Positions 12,773-23,436 of a stretch of 64,000 nucleotides of DNA are shown here, in pieces. A program made the translations under genes and the position numbers. This DNA comes from a bacterium. GTDB taxonomy: Bacteria; UBA8248. The notes beneath the pieces were generated by a model, which searched no databases, had not been told where the DNA came from, and worked only from the letters and a program-made list of their open reading frames with translations. Numbering within the stretch: the first letter of the stretch is position 1; each line of letters begins with the position of its first letter. The stretch lies in assembly GCA_965202625.1 (NCBI GenBank), contig CBDBBI010000010.1:1536001-1600000 (forward strand). Direction: 5' to 3'.

Positions 12773-13237
12773 ATGGCGAATTCTCCCCCCAAAAACGACA
12801 AGCCCGATTTCGTCTGGGAGAACCTGGAAGTCGGCATGCGCATCGGCGAGCGCAGCCTCTTGGTGACGCAAGAGATGGTGGACGCGCACTGCGAGGCCGT
12901 GGGCGCGCGGAGGGGGTGGTATGAGGGCGACTCACCCGCCGGCGGACCCATTGCGCCGCCGATGCTATTCATCAACGACCTGCTCGCCATATATGATGCG
13001 AACTACGCGCGATTCGGCACCATCCACGCCAAGCTCGGCTACTGCTTCCACCGACCCGTGCGAGTGGGCGCGACCGTGCGGCAAGAGGTCACAGTGAAGG
13101 ATTTATACGTGAAGAGGGGGAAGGGATGGGTGGTAAGCGAGCTGCGCGTCACGAACGAGGCGGGCGACCTGCTCCTCACCTCCACCCATACCTCGCTCCT
13201 CAGCCTCACGAGAAGGCATGAGAGCGAGAATGCGTGA
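12773..13237 (+). CDS. MaoC/hot-dog fold protein (probably non-catalytic partner)
   Basis: WENLEVG, PIAPPML, FHRPVRVG; lacks the D-x4-H hydratase motif. Confidence 0.78.
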   Translation: MANSPPKNDKPDFVWENLEVGMRIGERSLLVTQEMVDAHCEAVGARRGWYEGDSPAGGPIAPPMLFINDLLAIYDANYARFGTIHAKLGYCFHRPVRVGATVRQEVTVKDLYVKRGKGWVVSELRVTNEAGDLLLTSTHTSLLSLTRRHESENA

Positions 13238-13667
13238 ACCCTCGGCCCCGCTCGAAACTATGCGGGTGGGCGACGCCCTCCCCGGCAGGACTTACCAGGT
13301 CGGCCGGAAGGAGATTCTGAAATTCAACCGCTACGTCACCGGCGGGCGGGATACGAAGAACATCCACACTGACGACGAGACGGCGCGAAAGGCGGGCCTG
13401 CCCCGCGCGGTAGCGACCGGCCGCCACCCCGTCTCCTTCATCGCTGAGCTCATGGTCGACCACCTGGGCATGGGCTTCATAGCGGGCGGTGCCCTTGAGG
13501 TCTCCTTCGTGAAGCCCATATTTCCGGGCGACTCCCTGCGTCTCTCGGCGACGCTGAAAGAGAGAAGGGGAGAAAACGGGGGGACGCTCTACCTCTTCGA
13601 CGTCGCGCTGATCAACCAGGACGACGCGGTCGTCACCGTCGGGACGGCCGGCGGACGCCTCGCCTAG
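13218..13667 (+). CDS. MaoC-family dehydratase
   Basis: DTKNIHTDDETARKAG, FVKPIFPGD. Confidence 0.85.
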   Translation: MRARMREPSAPLETMRVGDALPGRTYQVGRKEILKFNRYVTGGRDTKNIHTDDETARKAGLPRAVATGRHPVSFIAELMVDHLGMGFIAGGALEVSFVKPIFPGDSLRLSATLKERRGENGGTLYLFDVALINQDDAVVTVGTAGGRLA

Positions 13668-13677
13668 CCCGCAGCCC

Positions 13678-15795
13678 ATGGCCGAGCGCGCCTCCCTCGA
13701 CAGCCTTTTTCATCCCCAATCCTTCGCGGTCGTGGGCGCGTCCGCAAACCTGCACCGGCTCGGGGGAATCCCCTTGCGCCTCACGAAGCAATATGGATTT
13801 TCCGGCGCCATCTACCCGATCAACCCCAGACACGAGGAGATAGCGGGGCTGAAATGCTACCCGGACGTCGCCTCCCTGCCGGACGCGCCCGAGTTTGCCC
13901 TCATCTGCACGCCGAGGGACGACGTTCTCCCCGCCCTCGCCCAGTGCGCGCAGCGGGGGGTGAAGGCGGCGGCCGTCATCACCTCGGGCTTCGGGGAGAC
14001 CGGCGCGCGCGGCATGGCGCTTCAGGATAGGATTCTCGAGGTTTGCGCCGCGTCCGGCATGAGGGTGCTCGGCCCCAACTGCATGGGCGTGGTGCACGTG
14101 CGCTCAAGACTCATGGCCACCTTCACGATATCGATTCGAGAGGACGACCCGCTCATTCCGGGCGCGGCGGCCATCGTCACCCAGAGCGGCGCCATGGGGG
14201 CGTGCATGCTCACGGGCTTGCAGGAGAGCGGCGCCGGACTCAGCAGCCTTGTGAGCCTGGGCAACGAGGCGGACGTCGACTTCGCCGAGTGCGTGGACTA
14301 TTTTCTGGACGACCCGCACACGCGCGTCATCTGCGGCTATCTCGAATCGGTCCGGGACGGCGCGCGTCTCAGGCGGGCCGCCGCCCGCGCCCTAGAGCGG
14401 GGAAAGCCCATCGTCCTGCTCAAGGGCGGAAAGACCGAGGCGGGCGCCCGCGCCGCGCGAAGCCACACCGCCGCCATCACGACCGCAAGCGACGTGTTCG
14501 CTGCCTTCGCCGATCAATACGGGATTCAGGTGCTGGACTCCATGGATGAATTCCTCGAAGTCGCGGACTTTCTCGCGCGCTCGAAGCCGATACGGGGAAA
14601 CCGCCTGGGCGTCGTCAGTTTCTCGGGCGGGCTGGGCGCACTCGCCGCCGACCTCGCCACCGCCTCGGGCTTTCGCCTCCCCGTTCTGGGACGAGAGACG
14701 CAAGGAAAGCTCAAGGCCATCCTCCCCGCCTACGCCCCGACGGACAATCCCGTAGATCTCGTCTCCCTCATGGTCAGCCGCCCCGAAAGCCAGCCCCTGC
14801 GAGCGGCGGGCGAGGCGGTGGCCTCGGACGAGGGAGTGGACGCCCTCCTCTTCATGATGGGCGTATACCACCACATGGGCGATCAAATCGCGCGGGAGGC
14901 GAAAGCGCTGTTCGATTCCCTGGAAACGCCCCTCGCCTTCACGTGGCTCACGGGCCCTCAGGAGCAGATTCAGGCGCTCAAGAAGCGATCTGTGCCCGTT
15001 TTCCGCGACCATTCACGGGCGATTCGGGGGCTGGGCGCGCTTCTCTCCATCAAGCGTGCCAGGGATGCGGCGTCATCCCGCCCCCGGGCGGTGAATCGCG
15101 CGCGCGCGGAGGCGGCCAGAGAAATCCTGAGAAACCACACCCCCTCTCTGGATGGCTTTCTCCCGCCCGAGGCTTGCGCGAAGATTCTCGACCTCTACGA
15201 GATTCCTCGGCCCCGAGAGGTTATCGCCGCGACGCCTGGAGAGGCGCTCAAGGCGCGGGAGGCGCTTCAACGTCCCGTAGCGCTGAAAGTCGTCTCCCAC
15301 AGCCTCACGCACAAAACCGAGGCGGGCGGCGTGATCCTGAATCTCAGCGATTCGGAGCGGATTCTGGCGGAAGCGGAGAAACTGCTCGCCCTCGCCCCCG
15401 ACGCGCGCCTCCTCGTCCAGGAGATGGTCGAAGGCGGGGTCGAGCTCCTGATCGGCGCGTCGTTCGATGCGACTTTCGGTCCATGCGTCACGGCGGGCCT
15501 GGGCGGGACCTACGTCGAAGCGCTCGAGGACGTCGCGCGCCTGCTGCCCCCCTTCGACGACGCCCATGCCGAAAGGGCGCTCCTGGGACTTCGCGCGCGC
15601 GCCATTCTTGAGGGCTTTCGGGGCGGGCCGGTCGTTTCCCTTCCGCTCGTATCCGATATAATCGTCAAAATCTCGGAGTTCGCGCTCGCAGAGGAGGTCG
15701 CCGAAATGGAGGTCAACCCGCTCATCGCCACGGCGAGGAGCTGCCGCGCCGTGGACGTCCGCATAAAGGTAAAGCGCGAGGGAGAGGAGAAGTGA
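13678..15795 (+). CDS. ADP-forming acyl-CoA synthetase (acetate-CoA ligase family, fused alpha/beta)
   Basis: AVVGAS, GPNCMG, TQSGA, SLGNEAD, SHTAA, HKTEAGGV ATP-grasp, EVNPL. Confidence 0.92.
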   Translation: MAERASLDSLFHPQSFAVVGASANLHRLGGIPLRLTKQYGFSGAIYPINPRHEEIAGLKCYPDVASLPDAPEFALICTPRDDVLPALAQCAQRGVKAAAVITSGFGETGARGMALQDRILEVCAASGMRVLGPNCMGVVHVRSRLMATFTISIREDDPLIPGAAAIVTQSGAMGACMLTGLQESGAGLSSLVSLGNEADVDFAECVDYFLDDPHTRVICGYLESVRDGARLRRAAARALERGKPIVLLKGGKTEAGARAARSHTAAITTASDVFAAFADQYGIQVLDSMDEFLEVADFLARSKPIRGNRLGVVSFSGGLGALAADLATASGFRLPVLGRETQGKLKAILPAYAPTDNPVDLVSLMVSRPESQPLRAAGEAVASDEGVDALLFMMGVYHHMGDQIAREAKALFDSLETPLAFTWLTGPQEQIQALKKRSVPVFRDHSRAIRGLGALLSIKRARDAASSRPRAVNRARAEAAREILRNHTPSLDGFLPPEACAKILDLYEIPRPREVIAATPGEALKAREALQRPVALKVVSHSLTHKTEAGGVILNLSDSERILAEAEKLLALAPDARLLVQEMVEGGVELLIGASFDATFGPCVTAGLGGTYVEALEDVARLLPPFDDAHAERALLGLRARAILEGFRGGPVVSLPLVSDIIVKISEFALAEEVAEMEVNPLIATARSCRAVDVRIKVKREGEEK

Positions 15796-16238
15796 GCGGG
15801 AGGATCACGCCGGAGATTCTCTCCCTGGTAGGGCGAAAGCACGGCCCCTATCGCGTCAGGGTCGAGCGGGGAGCGATAGAGAAATTCGCGGACGCGATCG
15901 GAGACCCGAGTCCGGCTTACCGGGGACCGCAGGCCATCGCACCCCCTACGTTTCCCGCCACATTCCGGCCGGAGGACACCTATCCCGACGTGCCCGCGGA
16001 TTTCGGCGACGTAGGGCTTCACGCCTCCCAAACCTATGAGGTCGAAAGGCCCCTTCGCGCCGGAGACGAACTGGACGTCTCCTTCACCATCGTGCGCATC
16101 ACGGAGAAGTCGGGCCGCTCCGGCGACCTCGTGCTCATCGAGCGCGAATACGAGTTTCTGGACGCGCGGGGGGGGGAGCGCGTCGGCGGGGGAAAATGGG
16201 TGTCTCTCAGACGATTTCAGAAACAGGAGAAACGATGA
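15792..16238 (+). CDS. MaoC N-terminal-type (HadA-like) dehydratase subunit
   Basis: VERGAIEKFADAIGD, APPTF, LHASQ, RPLRAGD. Confidence 0.85.
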   Translation: MSGRITPEILSLVGRKHGPYRVRVERGAIEKFADAIGDPSPAYRGPQAIAPPTFPATFRPEDTYPDVPADFGDVGLHASQTYEVERPLRAGDELDVSFTIVRITEKSGRSGDLVLIEREYEFLDARGGERVGGGKWVSLRRFQKQEKR

Positions 16239-16642
16239 GCCGCCAAAAGGGCGAGGCGCTCCCCGCGCTCATAAAAGAACCCGTATCGAGGACGCAGCTC
16301 GTGAAATACGCCGGTGCGAGCGGGGACTACAACCCGATTCACTTCGACGATGCGGCGGCGCGCGCGCGCGGGCTGGAGGGCGTCATCGCCCATGGAATGC
16401 TGTCGATGGGGTTTCTCGGACAGTTCATCGAGAACACCTTCGGCGCGGGAAACCACAAAAGACTCGAGGTCCGCTTTCAGGGCATGGTGCGACTCGGCGA
16501 GGCGATCACCTGCCGCGGCGTCATCACAGACATCGCGGAGGAGAAAGACCGCCCTTACGCCATATGCGAAATAGAGGCAATTGACTCAGGCGGCCACGTC
16601 GTCACCTCGGGCACGGCCCACGCCTGGCTGGACGCAACCTAA
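16235..16642 (+). CDS. MaoC (HadB-like) catalytic dehydratase subunit
   Basis: YAGASGDYNPIHFD, IAHGML. Confidence 0.9.
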   Translation: MSRQKGEALPALIKEPVSRTQLVKYAGASGDYNPIHFDDAAARARGLEGVIAHGMLSMGFLGQFIENTFGAGNHKRLEVRFQGMVRLGEAITCRGVITDIAEEKDRPYAICEIEAIDSGGHVVTSGTAHAWLDAT

Positions 16643-16662
16643 GGCAAGGAGGGAGAAATTCC

Positions 16663-17406
16663 ATGAGGCTTGAGAACAAGAACGCCCTCGTCACGGGCGC
16701 CGGGCAGGGCATCGGACGCGCGGTCTGCCTGCGCTTCGCCGAGGAGGGGGCGCGGGTGTTCGCCGTCGACGCGAACGAGGAGGGAGGCGAGGAGACGGCG
16801 CGCCTGATTCGGGAGGCCGGCGGACGGGCAAGGTTTCACAAGACCGACGTGAGCCTGGCGGATGAGGTAGAGGACGCGCTCGACGCCGCCGAAAGCGCGC
16901 ACGGCCCCATCCACGTCATGGTGAACAACGCCGGCATCGTGCGGGCGGCCATGCTCCACAAGATGACGGAAGCACAATGGGACGCCGTGCTCGCCGTGCA
17001 CCTCAAAGGAACCTGGGCGGGCATACGCGGGGCGGCAAAGCGCATGATCCCCCGCAAGGAAGGACGCATCATCAACGTCACATCGGGTGCCGGGCTGCGC
17101 GGTGCGATCGGGCAGATAAACTACGCCGCCGCCAAGATGGGGATCGTCGGCGCGACCAAAAGCGCCGCGCGCGAGCTGGGCCGCTACAACATCACCGTCA
17201 ACTGCGTCTCGCCGGCGGCGATCACCCCGATGACGGAGACGATACGCACCGATGAGCGTTTCGAGTCGAAATATCTGGATCGCATCTGCCTCGGCAGATG
17301 GGGGGAGCCGGAGGAGATGGCGGCCGGCTTCGTTTTCCTCGCCTCGGACGAGGCGAGCTACGTGACCGGCATCGTCCTGAGAATCGACGGTGGCCTTGGA
17401 ATCTGA
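16663..17406 (+). CDS. Short-chain dehydrogenase (FabG-like 3-oxoacyl reductase)
   Basis: TGAGQGIG, NNAG, YAAAK. Confidence 0.92.
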   Translation: MRLENKNALVTGAGQGIGRAVCLRFAEEGARVFAVDANEEGGEETARLIREAGGRARFHKTDVSLADEVEDALDAAESAHGPIHVMVNNAGIVRAAMLHKMTEAQWDAVLAVHLKGTWAGIRGAAKRMIPRKEGRIINVTSGAGLRGAIGQINYAAAKMGIVGATKSAARELGRYNITVNCVSPAAITPMTETIRTDERFESKYLDRICLGRWGEPEEMAAGFVFLASDEASYVTGIVLRIDGGLGI

Positions 17407-17469
17407 TTCTCTCGATTCCGCCGCTCCCTCCCTCTTGGGTCGATACCTATAAAGATGGAAGAAAACTCC

Positions 17470-17548
17470 ATAGGGACAATCCCCTGTGGTCGTCCCGCCT
17501 CCGGCAGGGGCACATGGCAGGAGATAGGGCACGACCTCCTGCCCCTAC
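17470..17548. repeat. REP-like palindromic element
   Basis: ATAGGGACAATCCCCTGTGGTCGTCCC imperfect hairpin, with an opposed unit ending GCCCCTAC. Confidence 0.45.
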
Positions 17549-17862
17549 CTCAAAACCTCCCCCCAAAAATACCCGACGCCGAACGCCGGAGCTCCTCCCC
17601 GCAAGGTCGCGCCACGCCACGACTCAAATTGTGGAGATCGCGCCGTCTTGACCCGTCCACGGCCCGCAAAGGTTCATCCCTCTGCGTCTGGTCTCCCCTT
17701 GATGGGGCTGATAGAATGCCTTTTGCTTTTCTTGTCATCGCGGCACCCGAAACCGGCGAGAAAAAAGGGGGAATTTCGACTTTTGCCACAATGACGAGGC
17801 TGGACGCCGGAGCGACGCGCGCCAAAGAGCGTCATCACACGTCGACAACGGAGAAAACTCCC

Positions 17863-18891
17863 ATGAAGGCAATGATTCTGAAAAAATTCGGCCAGCCGCT
17901 CGCCTACGAGGAGGCACCTGAGCCGAGGATAGGGCCCCGCCAGGTGCTTGTGGAATCTAAGGCGAACGGCCTGTGCGCGACGGATCTGAAAATCGTGGAC
18001 GGGCGCGTCAAGACGGCGCCCACCCCCCTGATGCTCGGCCATGAGAACGCCGGCGTCGTCCTTGAGGTGGGCGCGGAGGTGGAGACCGTCGCGCCGGGCG
18101 ACCGTGTGGTCGTGGTGAGCAAGCAGACCTGCGGACGCTGCCGGATGTGCCGCGCGGGGCACGAGGAAATGTGCCTGAACTCGCCCGGACGCTTGGGCAT
18201 CGAGATGGACGGAGGTTTCGGCCAGCTCGTCGCAGCGTCGGAGCGGAACCTGGTCAAGGTGGGCGAGAACGTCTCGCTCGCCGCCGCCTCCCTGATCGGC
18301 GGAACGCTCGGCTCCCCGCTCCACGCCATCCGCATGGCGCGCCCGGAGATGGGCGAGTGCGCCGTCATATTCGGAGTCGGCGGTCTGGGTCTGCACGCGC
18401 TGCAAATCCTTCGCCACCTGGGGGCGGGCGTCATCGCCGTGGACGTCCAGGAGGAGAAGCTCGCGAAGGCGAGGGAGCTGGGCGCGTTCGAGACCATCAA
18501 CGCCGCCCGAAGCGATCCGGTCGACGTCGTGATGGAGATCACGAACGGACTGGGGGCGGACATTGCGCTTGAGATCGTGGGCGGAGACGCCGTGCCGCCC
18601 GTGATTCAGCAGTGCGTCGAGCTGCTGCGCCCCGGCGGCCGCCTCGTCATTCTGGGCTACGCCTTCGGCCAGCGGGTGGAGATAGACCCCGCGCAACTCG
18701 TCTATAAGTGGCTCCAGATCATCGCGTCTCACAACCACACCGCGCGCGACGTGGCCGACGCGGCGAGTCTGGTGAACGACGGCCGCGTGCGCGCCGTCAT
18801 CACCGAGGAGGCGCCGATGCGCGAGGCGAACGATGCGCTGGCCTCCCTGCGCGCGGGCGATCCGGTAGGCCGCATCGTCCTCACGTGGTAG
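17863..18891 (+). CDS. Zinc-binding alcohol dehydrogenase (MDR family)
   Basis: [34 protein letters not shown]; start set at MKAMIL. Confidence 0.92.
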   Translation: MKAMILKKFGQPLAYEEAPEPRIGPRQVLVESKANGLCATDLKIVDGRVKTAPTPLMLGHENAGVVLEVGAEVETVAPGDRVVVVSKQTCGRCRMCRAGHEEMCLNSPGRLGIEMDGGFGQLVAASERNLVKVGENVSLAAASLIGGTLGSPLHAIRMARPEMGECAVIFGVGGLGLHALQILRHLGAGVIAVDVQEEKLAKARELGAFETINAARSDPVDVVMEITNGLGADIALEIVGGDAVPPVIQQCVELLRPGGRLVILGYAFGQRVEIDPAQLVYKWLQIIASHNHTARDVADAASLVNDGRVRAVITEEAPMREANDALASLRAGDPVGRIVLTW

Positions 18892-18941
18892 GCGGGCGGC
18901 GCATTCGTTCCCACCCAACAACATCATCCGAGGGAGACGGC

Positions 18942-20333
18942 ATGGGGCATCGTATCGAGACGGACAGCATGGGCGAAATCAAGGTTCCAGAGGATAAATA
19001 CTATGGTGCGCAGACCGCGCGATCGTTGATTCATTTCAAGATCGGCGGGGACCGCTTCCCCCGGGAGATCATCCGCGCGCTCGGAATTCTCAAGAAGGCC
19101 GCCGCGCTCACGAACGAGGAACTGGGCATTCTCGCTCCGGAGAAGGCCGCGCTGATCGCCCGGGCGGCGGATGAGGTCATCGCCGGCGATCTGGACGCGC
19201 ATTTTCCCCTCGCCGTCTGGCAGACGGGAAGCGGAACGCAGACGAACATGAACGCCAACGAGGTGATCGCCAACCGCGCGATAGAGCTGGCGGGCGGACG
19301 GATGGGCTCGAAAGACCCGATTCACCCGAACGACGACGTGAACAAGGCCCAATCCTCGAACGACACTTTCCCCACGGCGATGCACATCGCAGCGGGCGAG
19401 CGGATGACGGGAAGGCTCATCCCCGCCGTGGACGCGCTCAGGGGGACGCTGGCGACGAAGGCGGAGGCTTTCCAGTCGATCATCAAGATAGGGCGCACCC
19501 ATCTGATGGACGCCGTGCCCCTGACGCTGGGGCAGGAATTCTCCGGCTACGCCCAGCAGCTCGAAAACGGCCTCGCGCGCCTGCGGATGTCGCTCGACGG
19601 CATTTATGAACTCGCCCTTGGAGGAACGGCAGTGGGTACCGGCCTCAACACCCATCCTGATTTCGCCGAAAGGGCGGCCGCCCGAATCGCCTCGATGACG
19701 GGACTCCCCTTCCGCAGCGCGCCGAACAAATTCGAGGCCCTCGCCGCACACGACGCGGTCGTCTTCGCGAGCGGGGCGACGAAGACTCTCGCCGCCTCGC
19801 TGATGAAGATCGCCAACGACGTCCGGATGCTCGCCTCGGGGCCTCGATGCGGCGTGGGCGAGTTGCGGATTCCCGAGAACGAGCCGGGAAGCTCCATCAT
19901 GCCCGGCAAGGTGAACCCCACGCAGAGCGAGGCGATGACCATGGTGTGCGCCCAGGTGATGGGCAACGACGTAGCCGTGAACGTTGGGGGTGCGACGGGG
20001 CACTTCGAGCTCAACGTGTTCAAGCCCCTCATGATCTTCAACCTGCTCAACTCGCTGCGCCTGCTGGCAGACGCCTGCGATTCTTTCAACGCCCATTGCG
20101 CCGTCGGAATCGAGCCCAACCGGCCCGCCATAGACGCTTATCTTCAAAACTCGCTCATGCTGGTGACAGCCCTGAACCCCGTCATCGGTTACGACAACGC
20201 GGCCAGAGTGGCGAAAAAAGCGTTTGTCGATGGCGGCACGCTGCGCGAGGCCGCGATAGCCCTCAACCTGCTCACGGGAGAGGAGTTTGACGAGGCGGTC
20301 CGGCCTGAGAACATGATAGCGCCCAAGGGGTGA
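18942..20333 (+). CDS. fumC: Class II fumarate hydratase
   Basis: [31 protein letters not shown]. Confidence 0.97.
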   Translation: MGHRIETDSMGEIKVPEDKYYGAQTARSLIHFKIGGDRFPREIIRALGILKKAAALTNEELGILAPEKAALIARAADEVIAGDLDAHFPLAVWQTGSGTQTNMNANEVIANRAIELAGGRMGSKDPIHPNDDVNKAQSSNDTFPTAMHIAAGERMTGRLIPAVDALRGTLATKAEAFQSIIKIGRTHLMDAVPLTLGQEFSGYAQQLENGLARLRMSLDGIYELALGGTAVGTGLNTHPDFAERAAARIASMTGLPFRSAPNKFEALAAHDAVVFASGATKTLAASLMKIANDVRMLASGPRCGVGELRIPENEPGSSIMPGKVNPTQSEAMTMVCAQVMGNDVAVNVGGATGHFELNVFKPLMIFNLLNSLRLLADACDSFNAHCAVGIEPNRPAIDAYLQNSLMLVTALNPVIGYDNAARVAKKAFVDGGTLREAAIALNLLTGEEFDEAVRPENMIAPKG

Positions 20334-20441
20334 CGTCTTGCGAGCGATGAATACTTTCAGAAAAACCCCTCATGGGGAGAGACAGTCCGCTTCACCTCGT
20401 CCATCACCGTTGGATCGTTTGGGCGTCCTCGCCCTTTCGGC

Positions 20442-21092
20442 TCAGACGTATTCCGCAAGAACACCAGGAACGTTCTCGATATGGCAAGCATGGCTTCGGG
20501 GCGAGCGGTCCCGGACGAACCTAGACAAATCCTCCATTTTCACATCTGTGTAATACGGTCCGTCCACAATGATTATCAGAACCTTGTTCTTTGTCGCCGC
20601 CCTTTGAAAATTCCTGAGAAGGTCTTTCATCTCCTTGAATTGGCTATCCTGGTTGCCCCCTCCTTCCCTCGTGTATTTATGAGACGCATAAAATTCGGTT
20701 TTTCCCGTTCTCCAGTAAAAATCCAGCGATTTGGAGGGCGGGTTTTCCATCCCCTCCCGAATTTCTCCATCGCTGGTGATATAGAAAGCGCGCGGCTTCC
20801 TTTTCGGCAAAACAGTGAAATGAGAAACGCTCGCCAGGTTTCTCAACCACTCGGCGGCGGCTTTTTCATGCAGCCCCGTCCGGCGCGGCTCCTTTGCGAA
20901 ATGCGCCGCGAACATCGTGTCTTTTTCAATCTTGTCCTGCACCTCCTCTTTTGAAAAACCGAACCTCCAGAGGAAAGTCCGGATTCTTTTCAAGATGTTT
21001 GCGTCTTTCTCCCTGAGCCGCAGGAAAACCGCGCCAGCGTTTTCCCGCCACATTTTACGCTCTATCGCGTCATAGTCGGGCGGCTCAGGCAT
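20442..21092 (-). CDS. Hypothetical protein, putative PD-(D/E)xK restriction endonuclease
   Basis: Overlaps the MTase stop; KSLDF...YASHKY..GGGNQDSQ nuclease-like arrangement. Confidence 0.55.
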   Translation of the reverse strand: MPEPPDYDAIERKMWRENAGAVFLRLREKDANILKRIRTFLWRFGFSKEEVQDKIEKDTMFAAHFAKEPRRTGLHEKAAAEWLRNLASVSHFTVLPKRKPRAFYITSDGEIREGMENPPSKSLDFYWRTGKTEFYASHKYTREGGGNQDSQFKEMKDLLRNFQRAATKNKVLIIIVDGPYYTDVKMEDLSRFVRDRSPRSHACHIENVPGVLAEYV

Positions 21093-22014
21093 GATGGACA
21101 ATTCCCCGCGCCAGCGCCCAATCAAGGCGACGCCGATACATGCCGTCCTTGCGAATCCCCTTGTAGCAGGTCATGAGCACGTCATGCGTGCGAGCGCGAA
21201 AATCGTCGAGATAATCGTTCCAGGCGTCAATGCGCACCCGTCCGTCTACACGAAGCTTCGTGATGTGCCGCCCCGTCTTCTTGACGGGATACTCCGCCAG
21301 TTCCTCTACGCGACAGAACCGGATGGACGCAGCGCGCGTGTTGTCCAACGCGATCAAGCCGACGTTCCCCCTTGGGTCGTTAAACCGCACCAAGGGGCCG
21401 TCCGGTTTCGGTCTTGGACGCAAGCGTTCAAGCTCCGAGAGCAGCCCGACGCGGGCTTGCTGGAACCACACTTTCACGTCGGTCGCCAGATGCGGTTGGA
21501 AAAGCGCCAGGCCCACGGGGTGGCCGGTGTCCGTGAACAGCCTGGAGGCGAGAGAGATGAAATCGGTGAGCCGCTCCTGGAAAATCCGCGCCCGAATGAA
21601 CGACTCGGGCACCAGGGCGGCGACCCATCCGCAGTTGTCCAGACACTTCTCCAGGGCGAACTTGTAAAGGTCGTCATGTCGGCAACCGGGGAAAGCCAAA
21701 CCTCGAACGGTCGCGCTGTTCCTGGCGAGCCAAGGGGGATTGGTGACGCATACGTCGAACCCCTTGGGGAACGATTCCAACGTGTCCCTTCGCCGGACGC
21801 GCCGATCGGATGGATGGACGTCGTAGGATGCCGAGTCCTTACACAACCCCATACCTTCAAGATGCGCGATGAGGCTGTTCGCCCCTGCGAACGGCTCAAG
21901 AATCGGGGCGGAAGGGAGACCGGAGCACTGCGCCCATGCGCGAAAGGCCGGATGGCGAAACGGATTGCCCGTCGTGAAAAACCGGCCGTTCTGCCTTTTC
22001 GCTTCGCTCGTCAT
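21085..22014 (-). CDS. Amino (N6-adenine-type) DNA methyltransferase, gamma-class motif order
   Basis: GRFFT (motif X), ILEPFAG (motif I), VTNPPW (motif IV), DDLY, VPESF. Confidence 0.82.
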   Translation of the reverse strand: MTSEAKRQNGRFFTTGNPFRHPAFRAWAQCSGLPSAPILEPFAGANSLIAHLEGMGLCKDSASYDVHPSDRRVRRRDTLESFPKGFDVCVTNPPWLARNSATVRGLAFPGCRHDDLYKFALEKCLDNCGWVAALVPESFIRARIFQERLTDFISLASRLFTDTGHPVGLALFQPHLATDVKVWFQQARVGLLSELERLRPRPKPDGPLVRFNDPRGNVGLIALDNTRAASIRFCRVEELAEYPVKKTGRHITKLRVDGRVRIDAWNDYLDDFRARTHDVLMTCYKGIRKDGMYRRRLDWALARGIVHHA

Positions 22015-22261
22015 GACGCTTTTATACGACAAAAGAGCGAAAAAACCAAGTGGGGCGGAATTTCAACTCACTATTCATAACATCCCTTTTCCGCTCAACA
22101 GACGCCCCGAAACGCATCAACAACTCTCTCTCAAAAAAAGCTTCCGCACCCAAAAGCGGAGCGAGAGGAGAGTCTCCGTCCCGCATTCATTCCATAAGAC
22201 GTCCGACCCGAAAACCGAGACCGGAAAGAACCACGCGAGGGCCGCCGCGCGGCGGCTCCCC

Positions 22262-23305
22262 TTACCTCTCGGCGAAACCCTTGAAGGGGGTGGGTATCGC
22301 TTGTATATCCTGGAGCAGGTCGGGCGGCAGGTTCCTGTCCGCGGTGGGCAGCATACCCGTATAGAGCGCGTCGACGCCGTTTGCGAAGCGCGCCTCTATC
22401 TCCCGTTTGATCTCCCCATGCGCGCCCACCGCGGCGAAAAGACGCACGAGGTCGTCGGGAATCTCGTCGGCGAGCGCATTCCAACGGCCCTCTCGCGTCA
22501 TGCGCCTGAGTTTCCGCCCCAAGTCGCCGTAGCCGTGCATCTCCAGCACCGGCCAGTAAGCGGGCGTCGAGCCGTAGAACCCGAGACGCCCTTTGACCTC
22601 ATCCATCCCCCGGCGCAGCGCCTCCTCGTCATCGCCCGTGACGACGTAGCCCCCACCCGTGATCTCGAAGCGCTCGCGCGCGAGGCCGCTCTCGCGCAGC
22701 CCCTCCTCCAGTCTCGGGAGGCAGAACTCCTCAAAATACCTCCGCGTGCAGAAAGGATGGAGACGCGCGCCGTCGCAACAGCTCCCCGCGAGTCGAAGCA
22801 TGGCCGGCCCCACCGCCGCGATGGTGACGGGCGGCATGGGTCGCCCCTTGTATTCGGGCGCGAAGGCAGGCGTCATGAGGGTGAACTGGTAGTGCGCACC
22901 CTGATAGTCCAGCCTCTCCCCGCTCATCCAGGCGCGCCAGATGGCGCGGAGCGACTCCACGTACTCTCTCATGCGGGGAGCGGGCGCGCTCCAGGGTACG
23001 CTGAAGCGGCGCACGTTGTGCGGTCTGATCTGCGGGCCGAGACCCAGGACGAACCTGCCGCCCGAGGCTTCCTGCAAGTCCCACGCCGCGTTCGCGCACA
23101 CCATGGGGCTTCTCGGAAAAGCGATGGCCACGGCCGTAAGAAGCGACACGCGCGCCGTCTCCACCGCCGCCACCGCGAGGGGCAAAAAGGGATGGTGCGC
23201 GTTTTCCATGGTCATCACGCCGTCATAGCCCGCCGCCTCAAACTCCCGCGCGGCCGGCCCCGCCTTGCGCAGGTCATCCATCGGCAACGTGGTGAACATA
23301 CGCAC
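22262..23305 (-). CDS. Luciferase-like (LLM) oxidoreductase, probable F420-dependent class
   Basis: AIAFPRSPM, AWDLQEASGGRFVLGLGPQ, FYGSTPAY. Confidence 0.88.
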   Translation of the reverse strand: MRMFTTLPMDDLRKAGPAAREFEAAGYDGVMTMENAHHPFLPLAVAAVETARVSLLTAVAIAFPRSPMVCANAAWDLQEASGGRFVLGLGPQIRPHNVRRFSVPWSAPAPRMREYVESLRAIWRAWMSGERLDYQGAHYQFTLMTPAFAPEYKGRPMPPVTIAAVGPAMLRLAGSCCDGARLHPFCTRRYFEEFCLPRLEEGLRESGLARERFEITGGGYVVTGDDEEALRRGMDEVKGRLGFYGSTPAYWPVLEMHGYGDLGRKLRRMTREGRWNALADEIPDDLVRLFAAVGAHGEIKREIEARFANGVDALYTGMLPTADRNLPPDLLQDIQAIPTPFKGFAER

Positions 23306-23436
23306 GTAGAATCCCCCGTGCTGGAGAATGGGCACTCTTGAAGGGTAAGCAACGCATCATACACGATCTCCCAAAGCGCATATAGTGTTATCATGGGCGC
23401 GTTCGGAAAGTGCGCGTCAAGGAGAGGAGGGCGTTC

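Noticed and set aside
20968-20985. GAGGAAAGTCCGG, resembling the RNase P RNA signature
   Set aside because: It lies inside a coding region and the other conserved rnpB elements are absent
21091-23341. Plus-strand ORFs of 329 aa and 490 aa
   Set aside because: Antisense to the MTase and the LLM oxidoreductase, which carry clear motifs
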